From NCBI GenBank assembly GCA_964016885.1, contig CAXHJY010001603.1:62001-126000 (forward strand): a DNA stretch of 64,000 nt. Reading direction: 5' to 3'. The notes beneath the pieces are model-generated. The model was not told where the DNA came from, made no database searches, and saw only the letters and a program-made list of their open reading frames with translations. Every line of letters starts with the position of its first letter. The stretch's first letter is position 1. Both the position numbers and the translations under genes were made by a program. This DNA is from Eledone cirrhosa (taxonomy: Eukaryota). Below are positions 49,034-62,300 of the stretch, piece after piece.

Positions 49034-52000
49034 GTGCAGACACTCATTGGCTATGTGTGGCGTGAATTTCAGCAAGATATCTCCGTAAAATCAATATTTG
49101 TGGCTGTGGAACCAAACCGTGTTAAACGTCAACAAAGTCCGCCGGCGAATGGTGTGCTTCGAAGAAAACGAATCTAAAAATGACGATTAGCCGGCGGATT
49201 TACCTTTTCAATCGCGGGCCGGCCGCCCATGGTCGGATCGATCTGTAATTACTGGTACAGGTGCAGACACTCATTGGCTATGTGTGGCGTGAATTTCAGC
49301 CAGATATCTCCGTAAAATCAATAGTTGTGGCTGTGGAACCAAACCGTGTTAAACGTCAACAAAGTCCGCCGGCGAATGGTGTGCTTCGAAGAAAACGAAT
49401 CCAAAAATGACGATTAGCCGGCGGATTTACCTTTTCAATCGCGGGCCGGCCGCCCGTGGTCGGATCGATCTGTAATTACTGGTACATGTGCAGACACTCA
49501 TTGGCTATGTGTGGCGTGAATTTCAGCAAGATATCTCCGTAAAATCAATAGTTGTGGTTGTGGAACCAAACCGTGTTAAACGTCAACAAAGTCCGCCGGC
49601 GAATGGTATGCTTCGAAGAAAACGAATCCAAAAATGTCGATTTGCCGGCGGAGTTACCTTTTCAATCGCGGGCCGGCCGCCCGTGTCCGGATCGATCTGT
49701 AATTACTGGGACATGTGCAGACACTCATTGGCTATGTGTGGCGTGAATTTCAGCAAGATACCTCCGTAAAATCAATAGTTGTGGTTGTGGAACCAAACCG
49801 TGTTAAACGTCAAGAAAGTCCGCCGGCGAATGGTGTGCTTCGAAGAAAACGAATCCAAAAATGACGATTAGCCGGCGGATTTACCTTTTCAATCGCGGGC
49901 CGGCCGCCCGTGGTCGGATCGATCTGTAATTACTGGTACATGTGCAGACACTCATTGGCTATGTGTGGCGTGAATTTCAGCAAGATATCTCCGTAAAATC
50001 AATAGTTGTGGCTGTGGAACCAAACCGTGTTAAACGTCAACAAAGTCCGCCGGCGAATGGTGTGCTTCGAAGAAAACGAATCCAAAAATGTCGATTTGCC
50101 GGCGGAGTTACCTTTTCAATCGCGGGCCGGCCGCCCGTGTCCGGATCGATCTGTAATTACTGGGACATGTGCAGACACTCATTGGCTATGTGTGGCGTGA
50201 ATTTCAGCAAGATACCTCCGTAAAATCAATAGTTGTGGTTGTGGAACCAAACCGTGTTAAACGTCAACAAAGTCCGCCGGCGAATGGTGTGCTTCGAAGA
50301 AAACGAATCCAAAAATGACGATTAGCCGGCGGATTTACCTTTTCAATCGCGGGCCGGCCGACCGTGGTCGGATCGATCTGTAATTACTGGTACATGTGCA
50401 GACACTCATTGGCTATGTGTGGCGTGAATTTCAGCAAGATATCTCCGTAAAATCAATAGTTGTGGCTGTGGAACCAAACCGTGTTAAACGTCAACAAAGT
50501 CCGCCGGCGAATGGTGTGCTTCGAAGAAAACGAATCCAAAAATGACGATTAGCCGGCGGATTTACCTTTTCAATCGCGGGCCGGCCGCCCGTGGTCGGAT
50601 CGATCTGTAATTACTGGTACATGTGCAGACACTCATTGGCTATGTGTGGCGTGAATTTCAGCAAGATATCTCCGTAAAATCAATAGTTGTGGCTGTGGAA
50701 CCAAACCGTGTTAAACGTCAACAAAGTCCGCCGGCGAATGGTGTGCTTCGAAGAAAACGAATCCAAAAATGTCGATTTGCCGGCGGAGTTACCTTTTCAA
50801 TCGCGGGCCGGCCGCCCGTGGTCGGATCGATCTGTAATTACTGGTACATGTGCAGACACTCATTGGCTATGTGTGGCGTGAATTTCAGCAAGATATCTCC
50901 GTAAAATCAATAGTTGTGGCTGTGGAACCAAACCGTGTTAAACGTCAACAAAGTCCGCCGGCGAATGGTGTGCTTCGAAGAAAACGAATCCAAAAATGTC
51001 GATTTGCCGGCGGAGTTACCTTTTCAATCGCGGGCCGGCCGCCCGTGTCCGGATCGATCTGTAATTACTGGTACATGTGCAGACACTCATTGGCTATGTG
51101 TGGCGTGAATTTCAGCCAGATATCTCCGTAAAATCAATAGTTGTGGCTGTGGAACCAAACCGTGTTAAACGTCAACAAAGTCCGCCGGCGAATGGTGTGC
51201 TTCGAAGAAAACGAATCCAAAAATGACGATTAGCCGGCGGATTTACCTTTTCAATCGCGGGCCGGCCGCCCGTGGTCGGATCGATCTGTAATTACTGGTA
51301 CATGTGCAGACACTCATTGGCTATGTGTGGCGTGAATTTCAGCAAGATATCTCCGTAAAATCAATATTTGTGGCTGTGGAACCAAACCGTGTTAAACGTC
51401 AACAAAGTCCGCCGGCGAATGGTGTGCTTCGAAGAAAACGAATCCAAAAATGACGATTAGCCGGCGGATTTACCTTTTCAATCGCGGGCCGGCCGTCCGT
51501 GGTCGGATCGATCTGTAATTACTGGTACATGTGCAGACACTCATTGGCTATGTGTGGCGTGAATTTCAGCAAGATATCTCCGTAAAATCAATAGTTGTGG
51601 CTGTGGAACCAAACCGTGTTAAACGTCAACAAAGTCCGCCGGCGAATGGTGTGCTTCGAAGAAAACGAATCCAAAAATGACGACTAGCCGGCGGATTTAC
51701 CTTTTCAATCGCGGGCCGGCCGCCCGTGGTCGGATCGATCTGTAATTACTGGTACATGTGCAGACACTCATTGGCTATGTGTGGCGTGAATTTCAGCAAG
51801 ATATCTCCGTAAAATCAATAGTTGTGGTTGTGGAACCAAACCGTGTTAAACGTCAACAAAGTCCGCCGGCGAATGGTGTGCTTCGAAGAAAACGAATCCA
51901 AAAATGTCGATTTGCCGGTGGAGTTACCTTTTCAATCGCGGGCCGGCCGCCCGTGTCCGGATCGATCTGTAATTACTGGTACATGTGCAGACACTCATTG

Positions 52001-55000
52001 GCTATGTGTGGCGTGAATTTCAGCAAGATACCTCCGTAAAATCAATAGTTGTGGTTGTGGAACCAAACCGTGTTAAACGTCAAGAAAGTCCGCCGGCGAA
52101 TGGTGTGCTTCGAAGAAAACGAATCCAAAAATGACGATTAGCCGGCGGATTTACCTTTTCAATCGCGGGCCGGCCGCCCGTGGTCGGATCGATCTGTAAT
52201 TACTGGTACATGTGCAGACACTCATTGGCTATGTGTGGCGTGAATTTCAGCAAGATATCTCCGTAAAATCAATAGTTGTGGCTGTGGAACCAAACCGTGT
52301 TAAACGTCAACAAAGTCCGCCGGCGAATGGTGTGCTTCGAAGAAAACGAATCCAAAAATGTCGATTTGCCGGCGGAGTTACCTTTTCAATCGCGCGCCGG
52401 CTGCCCGTGTCCGGATCGATCTGTAATTACTGGTACATGTGCAGACACTCATTGGCTATGTGTGGCGTGAATTTCAGCAAGATATCTCCGTAAAATCAAT
52501 ATTTGTGGCTGTGGAACCAAACCGTGTTAAACGTCAACAAAGTCCGCCGGCGAATGGTGTGCTTCGAAGAAAACGAATCCAAAAATGACGATTAGCCGGC
52601 GGATTTACCTTTTCAATCGCGGGCCGGCCGCCCATGGTCGGATCGATCTGTAATTACTGGTACAGGTGCAGACACTCATTGGCTATGTGTGGCGTGAATT
52701 TCAGCAAGATATCTCCGTAAAATCAATAGTTGTGGTTGTGGAACCAAACCGTGTTAAACGTCAACAAAGTCCGCCGGCGAATGGTGTGCTTCGAAGAAAA
52801 CGAATCCAAAAATGTCGATTTGCCGGTGGAGTTACCTTTTCAATCGCGGGCCGGCCGCCCGTGTCCGGATCGATCTGTAATTACTGGTACATGTGCAGAC
52901 ACTCATTGGCTATGTGTGGCGTGAATTTCAGCAAGATACCTCCGTAAAATCAATAGTTGTGGTTGTGGAACCAAACCGTGTTAAACGTCAAGAAAGTCCG
53001 CCGGCGAATGGTGTGCTTCGAAGAAAACGAATCCAAAAATGACGATTAGCCGGCGGATTTACCTTTTCAATCGCGGGCCGGCCGCCCGTGGTCGGATCGA
53101 TCTGTAATTACTGGTACATGTGCAGACACTCATTGGCTATGTGTGGCGTGAATTTCAGCAAGATATCTCCGTAAAATCAATAGTTGTGGCTGTGGAACCA
53201 AACCGTGTTAAACGTCAACAAAGTCCGCCGGCGAATGGTGTGCTTCGAAGAAAACGAATCCAAAAATGTCGATTTGCCGGCGGAGTTACCTTTTCAATCG
53301 CGCGCCGGCTGCCCGTGTCCGGATCGATCTGTAATTACTGGTACATGTGCAGACACTCATTGGCTATGTGTGGCGTGAATTTCAGCAAGATATCTCCGTA
53401 AAATCAATATTTGTGGCTGTGGAACCAAACCGTGTTAAACGTCAACAAAGTCCGCCGGCGAATGGTGTGCTTCGAAGAAAACGAATCCAAAAATGACGAT
53501 TAGCCGGCGGATTTACCTTTTCAATCGCGGGCCGGCCGCCCATGGTCGGATCGATCTGTAATTACTGGTACAGGTGCAGACACTCATTGGCTATGTGTGG
53601 CGTGAATTTCAGCCAGATATCTCCGTAAAATCAATAGTTGTGGCTGTGGAACCAAACCGTGTTAAACGTCAACAAAGTCCGCCGGCGAATGGTGTGCTTC
53701 GAAGAAAACGAATCCAAAAATGACGATTAGCCGGCGGATTTACCTTTTCAATCGCGGGCCGGCCGCCCGTGGTCGGATCGATCTGTAATTACTGGTACAT
53801 GTGCAGACACTCATTGGCTATGTGTGGCGTGAATTTCAGCAAGATATCTCCGTAAAATCAATAGTTGTGGCTGTGGAACCAAACCGTGTTAAACGTCAAC
53901 AAAGTCCGCCGGCGAATGGTGTGCTTCGAAGAAAACGAATCCAAAAATGACGATTAGCCGGCGGATTTACCTTTTCAATCGCGGGCCGGCCGCCCGTGGT
54001 CGGATCGATCTGTAATTACTGGTACATGTGCAGACACTCATTGGCTATGTGTGGCGTGAATTTCAGCAAGATATCTCCGTAAAATCAATAGTTGTGGTTG
54101 TGGAACCAAACCGTGTTAAACGTCAACAAAGTCCGCCGGCGAATGGTGTGCTTCGAAGAAAACGAATCCAAAAATGTCGATTTGCCGGTGGAGTTACCTT
54201 TTCAATCGCGGGCCGGCCGCCCGTGTCCGGATCGATCTGTAATTACTGGTACATGTGCAGACACTCATTGGCTATGTGTGGCGTGAATTTCAGCAAGATA
54301 CCTCCGTAAAATCAATAGTTGTGGTTGTGGAACCAAACCGTGTTAAACGTCAAGAAAGTCCGCCGGCGAATGGTGTGCTTCGAAGAAAACGAATCCAAAA
54401 ATGACGATTAGCCGGCGGATTTACCTTTTCAATCGCGGGCCGGCCGCCCGTGGTCGGATCGATCTGTAATTACTGGTACATGTGCAGACACTCATTGGCT
54501 ATGTGTGGCGTGAATTTCAGCAAGATATCTCCGTAAAATCAATAGTTGTGGCTGTGGAACCAAACCGTGTTAAACGTCAACAAAGTCCGCCGGCGAATGG
54601 TGTGCTTCGAAGAAAACGAATCCAAAAATGTCGATTTGCCGGCGGAGTTACCTTTTCAATCGCGCGCCGGCTGCCCGTGTCCGGATCGATCTGTAATTAC
54701 TGGTACATGTGCAGACACTCATTGGCTATGTGTGGCGTGAATTTCAGCAAGATATCTCCGTAAAATCAATATTTGTGGCTGTGGAACCAAACCGTGTTAA
54801 ACGTCAAGAAAGTCCGCCGGCGAATGGTGTGCTTCGAAGAAAACGAATCCAAAAATGACGATTAGCCGGCGGATTTACCTTTTCAATCGCGGGCCGGCCG
54901 CCCATGGTCGGATCGATCTGTAATTACTGGTACAGGTGCAGACACTCATTGGCTATGTGTGGCGTGAATTTCAGCAAGATATCTCCGTAAAATCAATAGT

Positions 55001-58000
55001 TGTGGCTGTGGAACCAAACCGTGTTAAACGTCAACAAAGTCCGCCGGCGAATGGTGTGCTTCGAAGAAAACGAATCCAAAAATGTCGATTTGCCGGCGGA
55101 GTTACCTTTTCAATCGCGCGCCGGCTGCCCGTGTCCGGATCGATCTGTAATTACTGGTACATGTGCAGACACTCATTGGCTATGTGTGGCGTGAATTTCA
55201 GCAAGATATCTCCGTAAAATCAATATTTGTGGCTGTGGAACCAAACCGTGTTAAACGTCAACAAAGTCCGCCGGCGAATGGTGTGCTTCGAAGAAAACGA
55301 ATCCAAAAATGACGATTAGCCGGCGGATTTACCTTTTCAATCGCGGGCCGGCCGCCCATGGTCGGATCGATCTGTAATTACTGGTACAGGTGCAGACACT
55401 CATTGGCTATGTGTGGCGTGAATTTCAGCCAGATATCTCCGTAAAATCAATAGTTGTGGCTGTGGAACCAAACCGTGTTAAACGTCAACAAAGTCCGCCG
55501 GCGAATGGTGTGCTTCGAAGAAAACGAATCCAAAAATGACGATTAGCCGGCGGATTTACCTTTTCAATCGCGGGCCGGCCGCCCGTGGTCGGATCGATCT
55601 GTAATTACTGGTACATGTGCAGACACTCATTGGCTATGTGTGGCGTGAATTTCAGCAAGATATCTCCGTAAAATCAATAGTTGTGGCTGTGGAACCAAAC
55701 CGTGTTAAACGTCAACAAAGTCCGCCGGCGAATGGTGTGCTTCGAAGAAAACGAATCCAAAAATGACGATTAGCCGGCGGATTTACCTTTTCAATCGCGG
55801 GCCGGCCGCCCGTGGTCGGATCGATCTGTAATTACTGGTACATGTGCAGACACTCATTGGCTATGTGTGGCGTGAATTTCAGCAAGATATCTCCGTAAAA
55901 TCAATAGTTGTGGTTGTGGAACCAAACCGTGTTAAACGTCAACAAAGTCCGCCGGCGAATGGTGTGCTTCGAAGAAAACGAATCCAAAAATGTCGATTTG
56001 CCGGTGGAGTTACCTTTTCAATCGCGGGCCGGCCGCCCGTGTCCGGATCGATCTGTAATTACTGGTACATGTGCAGACACTCATTGGCTATGTGTGGCGT
56101 GAATTTCAGCAAGATACCTCCGTAAAATCAATAGTTGTGGTTGTGGAACCAAACCGTGTTAAACGTCAAGAAAGTCCGCCGGCGAATGGTGTGCTTCGAA
56201 GAAAACGAATCCAAAAATGACGATTAGCCGGCGGATTTACCTTTTCAATCGCGGGCCGGCCGCCCGTGGTCGGATCGATCTGTAATTACTGGTACATGTG
56301 CAGACACTCATTGGCTATGTGTGGCGTGAATTTCAGCAAGATATCTCCGTAAAATCAATAGTTGTGGTTGTGGAACCAAACCGTGTTAAACGTCAACAAA
56401 GTCCGCCGGCGAATGGTGTGCTTCGAAGAAAACGAATCCAAAAATGTCGATTTGCCGGTGGAGTTACCTTTTCAATCGCGGGCCGGCCGCCCGTGTCCGG
56501 ATCGATCTGTAATTACTGGTACATGTGCAGACACTCATTGGCTATGTGTGGCGTGAATTTCAGCAAGATACCTCCGTAAAATCAATAGTTGTGGTTGTGG
56601 AACCAAACCGTGTTAAACGTCAAGAAAGTCCGCCGGCGAATGGTGTGCTTCGAAGAAAACGAATCCAAAAATGACGATTAGCCGGCGGATTTACCTTTTC
56701 AATCGCGGGCCGGCCGCCCGAGGTCGGATCGATCTGTAATTACTGGTACATGTGCAGACACTCATTGGCTATGTGTGGCGTGAATTTCAGCAAGATATCT
56801 CCGTAAAATCAATAGTTGTGGCTGTGGAACCAAACCGTGTTAAACGTCAACAAAGTCCGCCGGCGAATGGTGTGCTTCGAAGAAAACGAATCCAAAAATG
56901 TCGATTTGCCGGCGGAGTTACCTTTTCAATCGCGCGCCGGCTGCCCGTGTCCGTATCGATCTGTAATTACTGGTACATGTGCAGACACTCATTGGCTATG
57001 TGTGGCGTGAATTTCAGCAAGATACCTCCGTAAAATCAATAGTTGTGGTTGTGGAACCAAACCGTGTTAAACGTCAAGAAAGTCCGCCGGCGAATGGTGT
57101 GCTTCGAAGAAAACGAATCCAAAAATGACGATTAGCCGGCGGATTTACCTTTTCAATCGCGGGCCGGCCGCCCGTGGTCGGATCGATCTGTAATTACTGG
57201 TACATGTGCAGACACTCATTGGCTATGTGTGGCGTGAATTTCAGCAAGATATCTCCGTAAAATCAATAGTTGTGGCTGTGGAACCAAACCGTGTTAAACG
57301 TCAACAAAGTCCGCCGGCGAATGGTGTGCTTCGAAGAAAACGAATCCAAAAATGTCGATTTGCCGGCGGAGTTACCTTTTCAATCGCGCGCCGGCTGCCC
57401 GTGTCCGGATCGATCTGTAATTACTGGTACATGTGCAGACACTCATTGGCTATGTGTGGCGTGAATTTCAGCAAGATATCTCCGTAAAATCAATATTTGT
57501 GGCTGTGGAACCAAACCGTGTTAAACGTCAACAAAGTCCGCCGGCGAATGGTGTGCTTCGAAGAAAACGAATCCAAAAATGACGATTAGCCGGCGGATTT
57601 ACCTTTTCAATCGCGGGCCGGCCGCCCATGGTCGGATCGATCTGTAATTACTGGTACAGGTGCAGACACTCATTGGCTATGTGTGGCGTGAATTTCAGCC
57701 AGATATCTCCGTAAAATCAATAGTTGTGGCTGTGGAACCAAACCGTGTTAAACGTCAACAAAGTCCGCCGGCGAATGGTGTGCTTCGAAGAAAACGAATC
57801 CAAAAATGACGATTAGCCGGCGGATTTACCTTTTCAATCGCGGGCCGGCCGCCCGTGGTCGGATCGATCTGTAATTACTGGTACATGTGCAGACACTCAT
57901 TGGCTATGTGTGGCGTGAATTTCAGCAAGATATCTCCGTAAAATCAATAGTTGTGGCTGTGGAACCAAACCGTGTTAAACGTCAACAAAGTCCGCCGGCG

Positions 58001-59329
58001 AATGGTGTGCTTCGAAGAAAACGAATCCAAAAATGACGATTAGCCGGCGGATTTACCTTTTCAATCGCGGGCCGGCCGCCCGTGGTCGGATCGATCTGTA
58101 ATTACTGGTACATGTGCAGACACTCATTGGCTATGTGTGGCGTGAATTTCAGCAAGATATCTCCGTAAAATCAATAGTTGTGGTTGTGGAACCAAACCGT
58201 GTTAAACGTCAACAAAGTCCGCCGGCGAATGGTGTGCTTCGAAGAAAACGAATCCAAAAATGTCGATTTGCCGGTGGAGTTACCTTTTCAATCGCGGGCC
58301 GGCCGCCCGTGTCCGGATCGATCTGTAATTACTGGTACATGTGCAGACACTCATTGGCTATGTGTGGCGTGAATTTCAGCAAGATACCTCCGTAAAATCA
58401 ATAGTTGTGGTTGTGGAACCAAACCGTGTTAAACGTCAAGAAAGTCCGCCGGCGAATGGTGTGCTTCGAAGAAAACGAATCCAAAAATGACGATTAGCCG
58501 GCGGATTTACCTTTTCAATCGCGGGCCGGCCGCCCGTGGTCGGATCGATCTGTAATTACTGGTACATGTGCAGACACTCATTGGCTATGTGTGGCGTGAA
58601 TTTCAGCAAGATATCTCCGTAAAATCAATAGTTGTGGCTGTGGAACCAAACCGTGTTAAACGTCAACAAAGTCCGCCGGCGAATGGTGTGCTTCGAAGAA
58701 AACGAATCCAAAAATGTCGATTTGCCGGCGGAGTTACCTTTTCAATCGCGCGCCGGCTGCCCGTGTCCGTATCGATCTGTAATTACTGGTACATGTGCAG
58801 ACACTCATTGGCTATGTGTGGCGTGAATTTCAGCAAGATATCTCCGTAAAATCAATATTTGTGGCTGTGGAACCAAACCGTGTTAAACGTCAACAAAGTC
58901 CGCCGGCGAATGGTGTGCTTCGAAGAAAACGAATCCAAAAATGACGATTAGCCGGCGGATTTACCTTTTCAATCGCGGGCCGGCCGCCCATGGTCGGATC
59001 GATCTGTAATTACTGGTACAGGTGCAGACACTCATTGGCTATGTGTGGCGTGAATTTCAGCCAGATATCTCCGTAAAATCAATAGTTGTGGCTGTGGAAC
59101 CAAACCGTGTTAAACGTCAACAAAGTCCGCCGGCGAATGGTGTGCTTCGAAGAAAACGAATCCAAAAATGACGATTAGCCGGCGGATTTACCTTTTCAAT
59201 CGCGGGCCGGCCGCCCGTGGTCGGATCGATCTGTAATTACTGGTACATGTGCAGACACTCATTGGCTATGTGTGGCGTGAATTTCAGCCAGATATCTCCG
59301 TAAAATCAATAGTTGTGGCTGTGGAACCA

Positions 59330-62300
59330 AACCGTGTTAAACGTCAACAAAGTCCGCCGGCGAATGGTGTGCTTCGAAGAAAACGAATCCAAAAATGTCG
59401 ATTTGCCGGCGGAGTTACCTTTTCAATCGCGGGCCGGCCGCCCGTGTCCGGATCGATCTGTAATTACTGGGACATGTGCAGACACTCATTGGCTATGTGT
59501 GGCGTGAATTTCAGCAAGATACCTCCGTAAAATCAATAGTTGTGGTTGTGGAACCAAACCGTGTTAAACGTCAACAAAGTCCGCCGGCGAATGGTGTGCT
59601 TCGAAGAAAACGAATCCAAAAATGACGATTAGCCGGCGGATTTACCTTTTCAATCGCGGGCCGGCCGTCCGTGGTCGGATCGATCTGTAATTACTGGTAC
59701 ATGTGCAGACACTCATTGGCTATGTGTGGCGTGAATTTCAGCAAGATATCTCCGTAAAATCAATAGTTGTGGCTGTGGAACCAAACCGTGTTAAACGTCA
59801 ACAAAGTCCGCCGGCGAATGGTGTGCTTCGAAGAAAACGAATCCAAAAATGTCGATTTGCCGGCGGAGTTACCTTTTCAATCGCGCGCCGGCTGCCCGTG
59901 TCCGGATCGATCTGTAATTACTGGTACATGTGCAGACACTCATTGGCTATGTGTGGCGTGAATTTCAGCAAGATATCTCCGTAAAATCAATATTTGTGGC
60001 TGTGGAACCAAACCGTGTTAAACGTCAACAAAGTCCGCCGGCGAATGGTGTGCTTCGAAGAAAACGAATCCAAAAATGACGATTAGCCGGCGGATTTACC
60101 TTTTCAATCGCGGGCCGGCCGCCCATGGTCGGATCGATCTGTAATTACTGGTACAGGTGCAGACACTCATTGGCTATGTGTGGCGTGAATTTCAGCCAGA
60201 TATCTCCGTAAAATCAATAGTTGTGGCTGTGGAACCAAACCGTGTTAAACGTCAACAAAGTCCGCCGGCGAATGGTGTGCTTCGAAGAAAACGAATCCAA
60301 AAATGACGATTAGCCGGCGGATTTACCTTTTCAATCGCGGGCCGGCCGCCCGTGGTCGGATCGATCTGTAATTACTGGTACATGTGCAGACACTCATTGG
60401 CTATGTGTGGCGTGAATTTCAGCAAGATATCTCCGTAAAATCAATAGTTGTGGCTGTGGAACCAAACCGTGTTAAACGTCAACAAAGTCCGCCGGCGAAT
60501 GGTGTGCTTCGAAGAAAACGAATCCAAAAATGTCGATTTGCCGGCGGAGTTACCTTTTCAATCGCGCGCCGGCCGCCCGTGTCCGGATCGATCTGTAATT
60601 ACTGGTACATGTGCAGACACTCATTGGCTATGTGTGGCGTGAATTTCAGCAAGATATCTCCGTAAAATCAATATTTGTGGCTGTGGAACCAAACCGTGTT
60701 AAACGTCAACAAAGTCCGCCGGCGAATGGTGTGCTTCGAAGAAAACGAATCCAAAAATGACGATTAGCCGGCGGATTTACCTTTTCAATCGCGGGCCGGC
60801 CGTCCGTGGTCGGATCGATCTGTAATTACTGGTACATGTGCAGACACTCATTGGCTATGTGTGGCGTGAATTTCAGCAAGATATCTCCGTAAAATCAATA
60901 GTTGTGGCTGTGGAACCAAACCGTGTTAAACGTCAACAAAGTCCGCCGGCGAATGGTGTGCTTCGAAGAAAACGAATCCAAAAATGACGATTAGCCGGCG
61001 GATTTACCTTTTCAATCGCGGGCCGGCCGCCCGTGGTCGGATCGATCTGTAATTACTGGTACATGTGCAGACACTCATTGGCTATGTGTGGCGTGAATTT
61101 CAGCAAGATATCTCCGTAAAATCAATAGTTGTGGTTGTGGAACCAAACCGTGTTAAACGTCAACAAAGTCCGCCGGCGAATGGTGTGCTTCGAAGAAAAC
61201 GAATCCAAAAATGTCGATTTGCCGGTGGAGTTACCTTTTCAATCGCGGGCCGGCCGCCCGTGTCCGGATCGATCTGTAATTACTGGTACATGTGCAGACA
61301 CTCATTGGCTATGTGTGGCGTGAATTTCAGCAAGATACCTCCGTAAAATCAATAGTTGTGGTTGTGGAACCAAACCGTGTTAAACGTCAAGAAAGTCCGC
61401 CGGCGAATGGTGTGCTTCGAAGAAAACGAATCCAAAAATGACGATTAGCCGGCGGATTTACCTTTTCAATCGCGGGCCGGCCGCCCGTGGTCGGATCGAT
61501 CTGTAATTACTGGTACATGTGCAGACACTCATTGGCTATGTGTGGCGTGAATTTCAGCAAGATATCTCCGTAAAATCAATAGTTGTGGCTGTGGAACCAA
61601 ACCGTGTTAAACGTCAACAAAGTCCGCCGGCGAATGGTGTGCTTCGAAGAAAACGAATCCAAAAATGTCGATTTGCCGGCGGAGTTACCTTTTCAATCGC
61701 GCGCCGGCTGCCCGTGTCCGGATCGATCTGTAATTACTGGTACATGTGCAGACACTCATTGGCTATGTGTGGCGTGAATTTCAGCAAGATATCTCCGTAA
61801 AATCAATATTTGTGGCTGTGGAACCAAACCGTGTTAAACGTCAACAAAGTCCGCCGGCGAATGGTGTGCTTCGAAGAAAACGAATCCAAAAATGTCGATT
61901 TGCCGGCGGAGTTACCTTTTCAATCGCGGGCCGGCCGCCCGTGTCCGGATCGATCTGTAATTACTGGGACATGTGCAGACACTCATTGGCTATGTGTGGC
62001 GTGAATTTCAGCAAGATACCTCCGTAAAATCAATAGTTGTGGTTGTGGAACCAAACCGTGTTAAACGTCAACAAAGTCCGCCGGCGAATGGTGTGCTTCG
62101 AAGAAAACGAATCCAAAAATGACGATTAGCCGGCGGATTTACCTTTTCAATCGCGGGCCGGCCGTCCGTGGTCGGATCGATCTGTAATTACTGGTACATG
62201 TGCAGACACTCATTGGCTATGTGTGGCGTGAATTTCAGCAAGATATCTCCGTAAAATCAATAGTTGTGGCTGTGGAACCAAACCGTGTTAAACGTCAACA

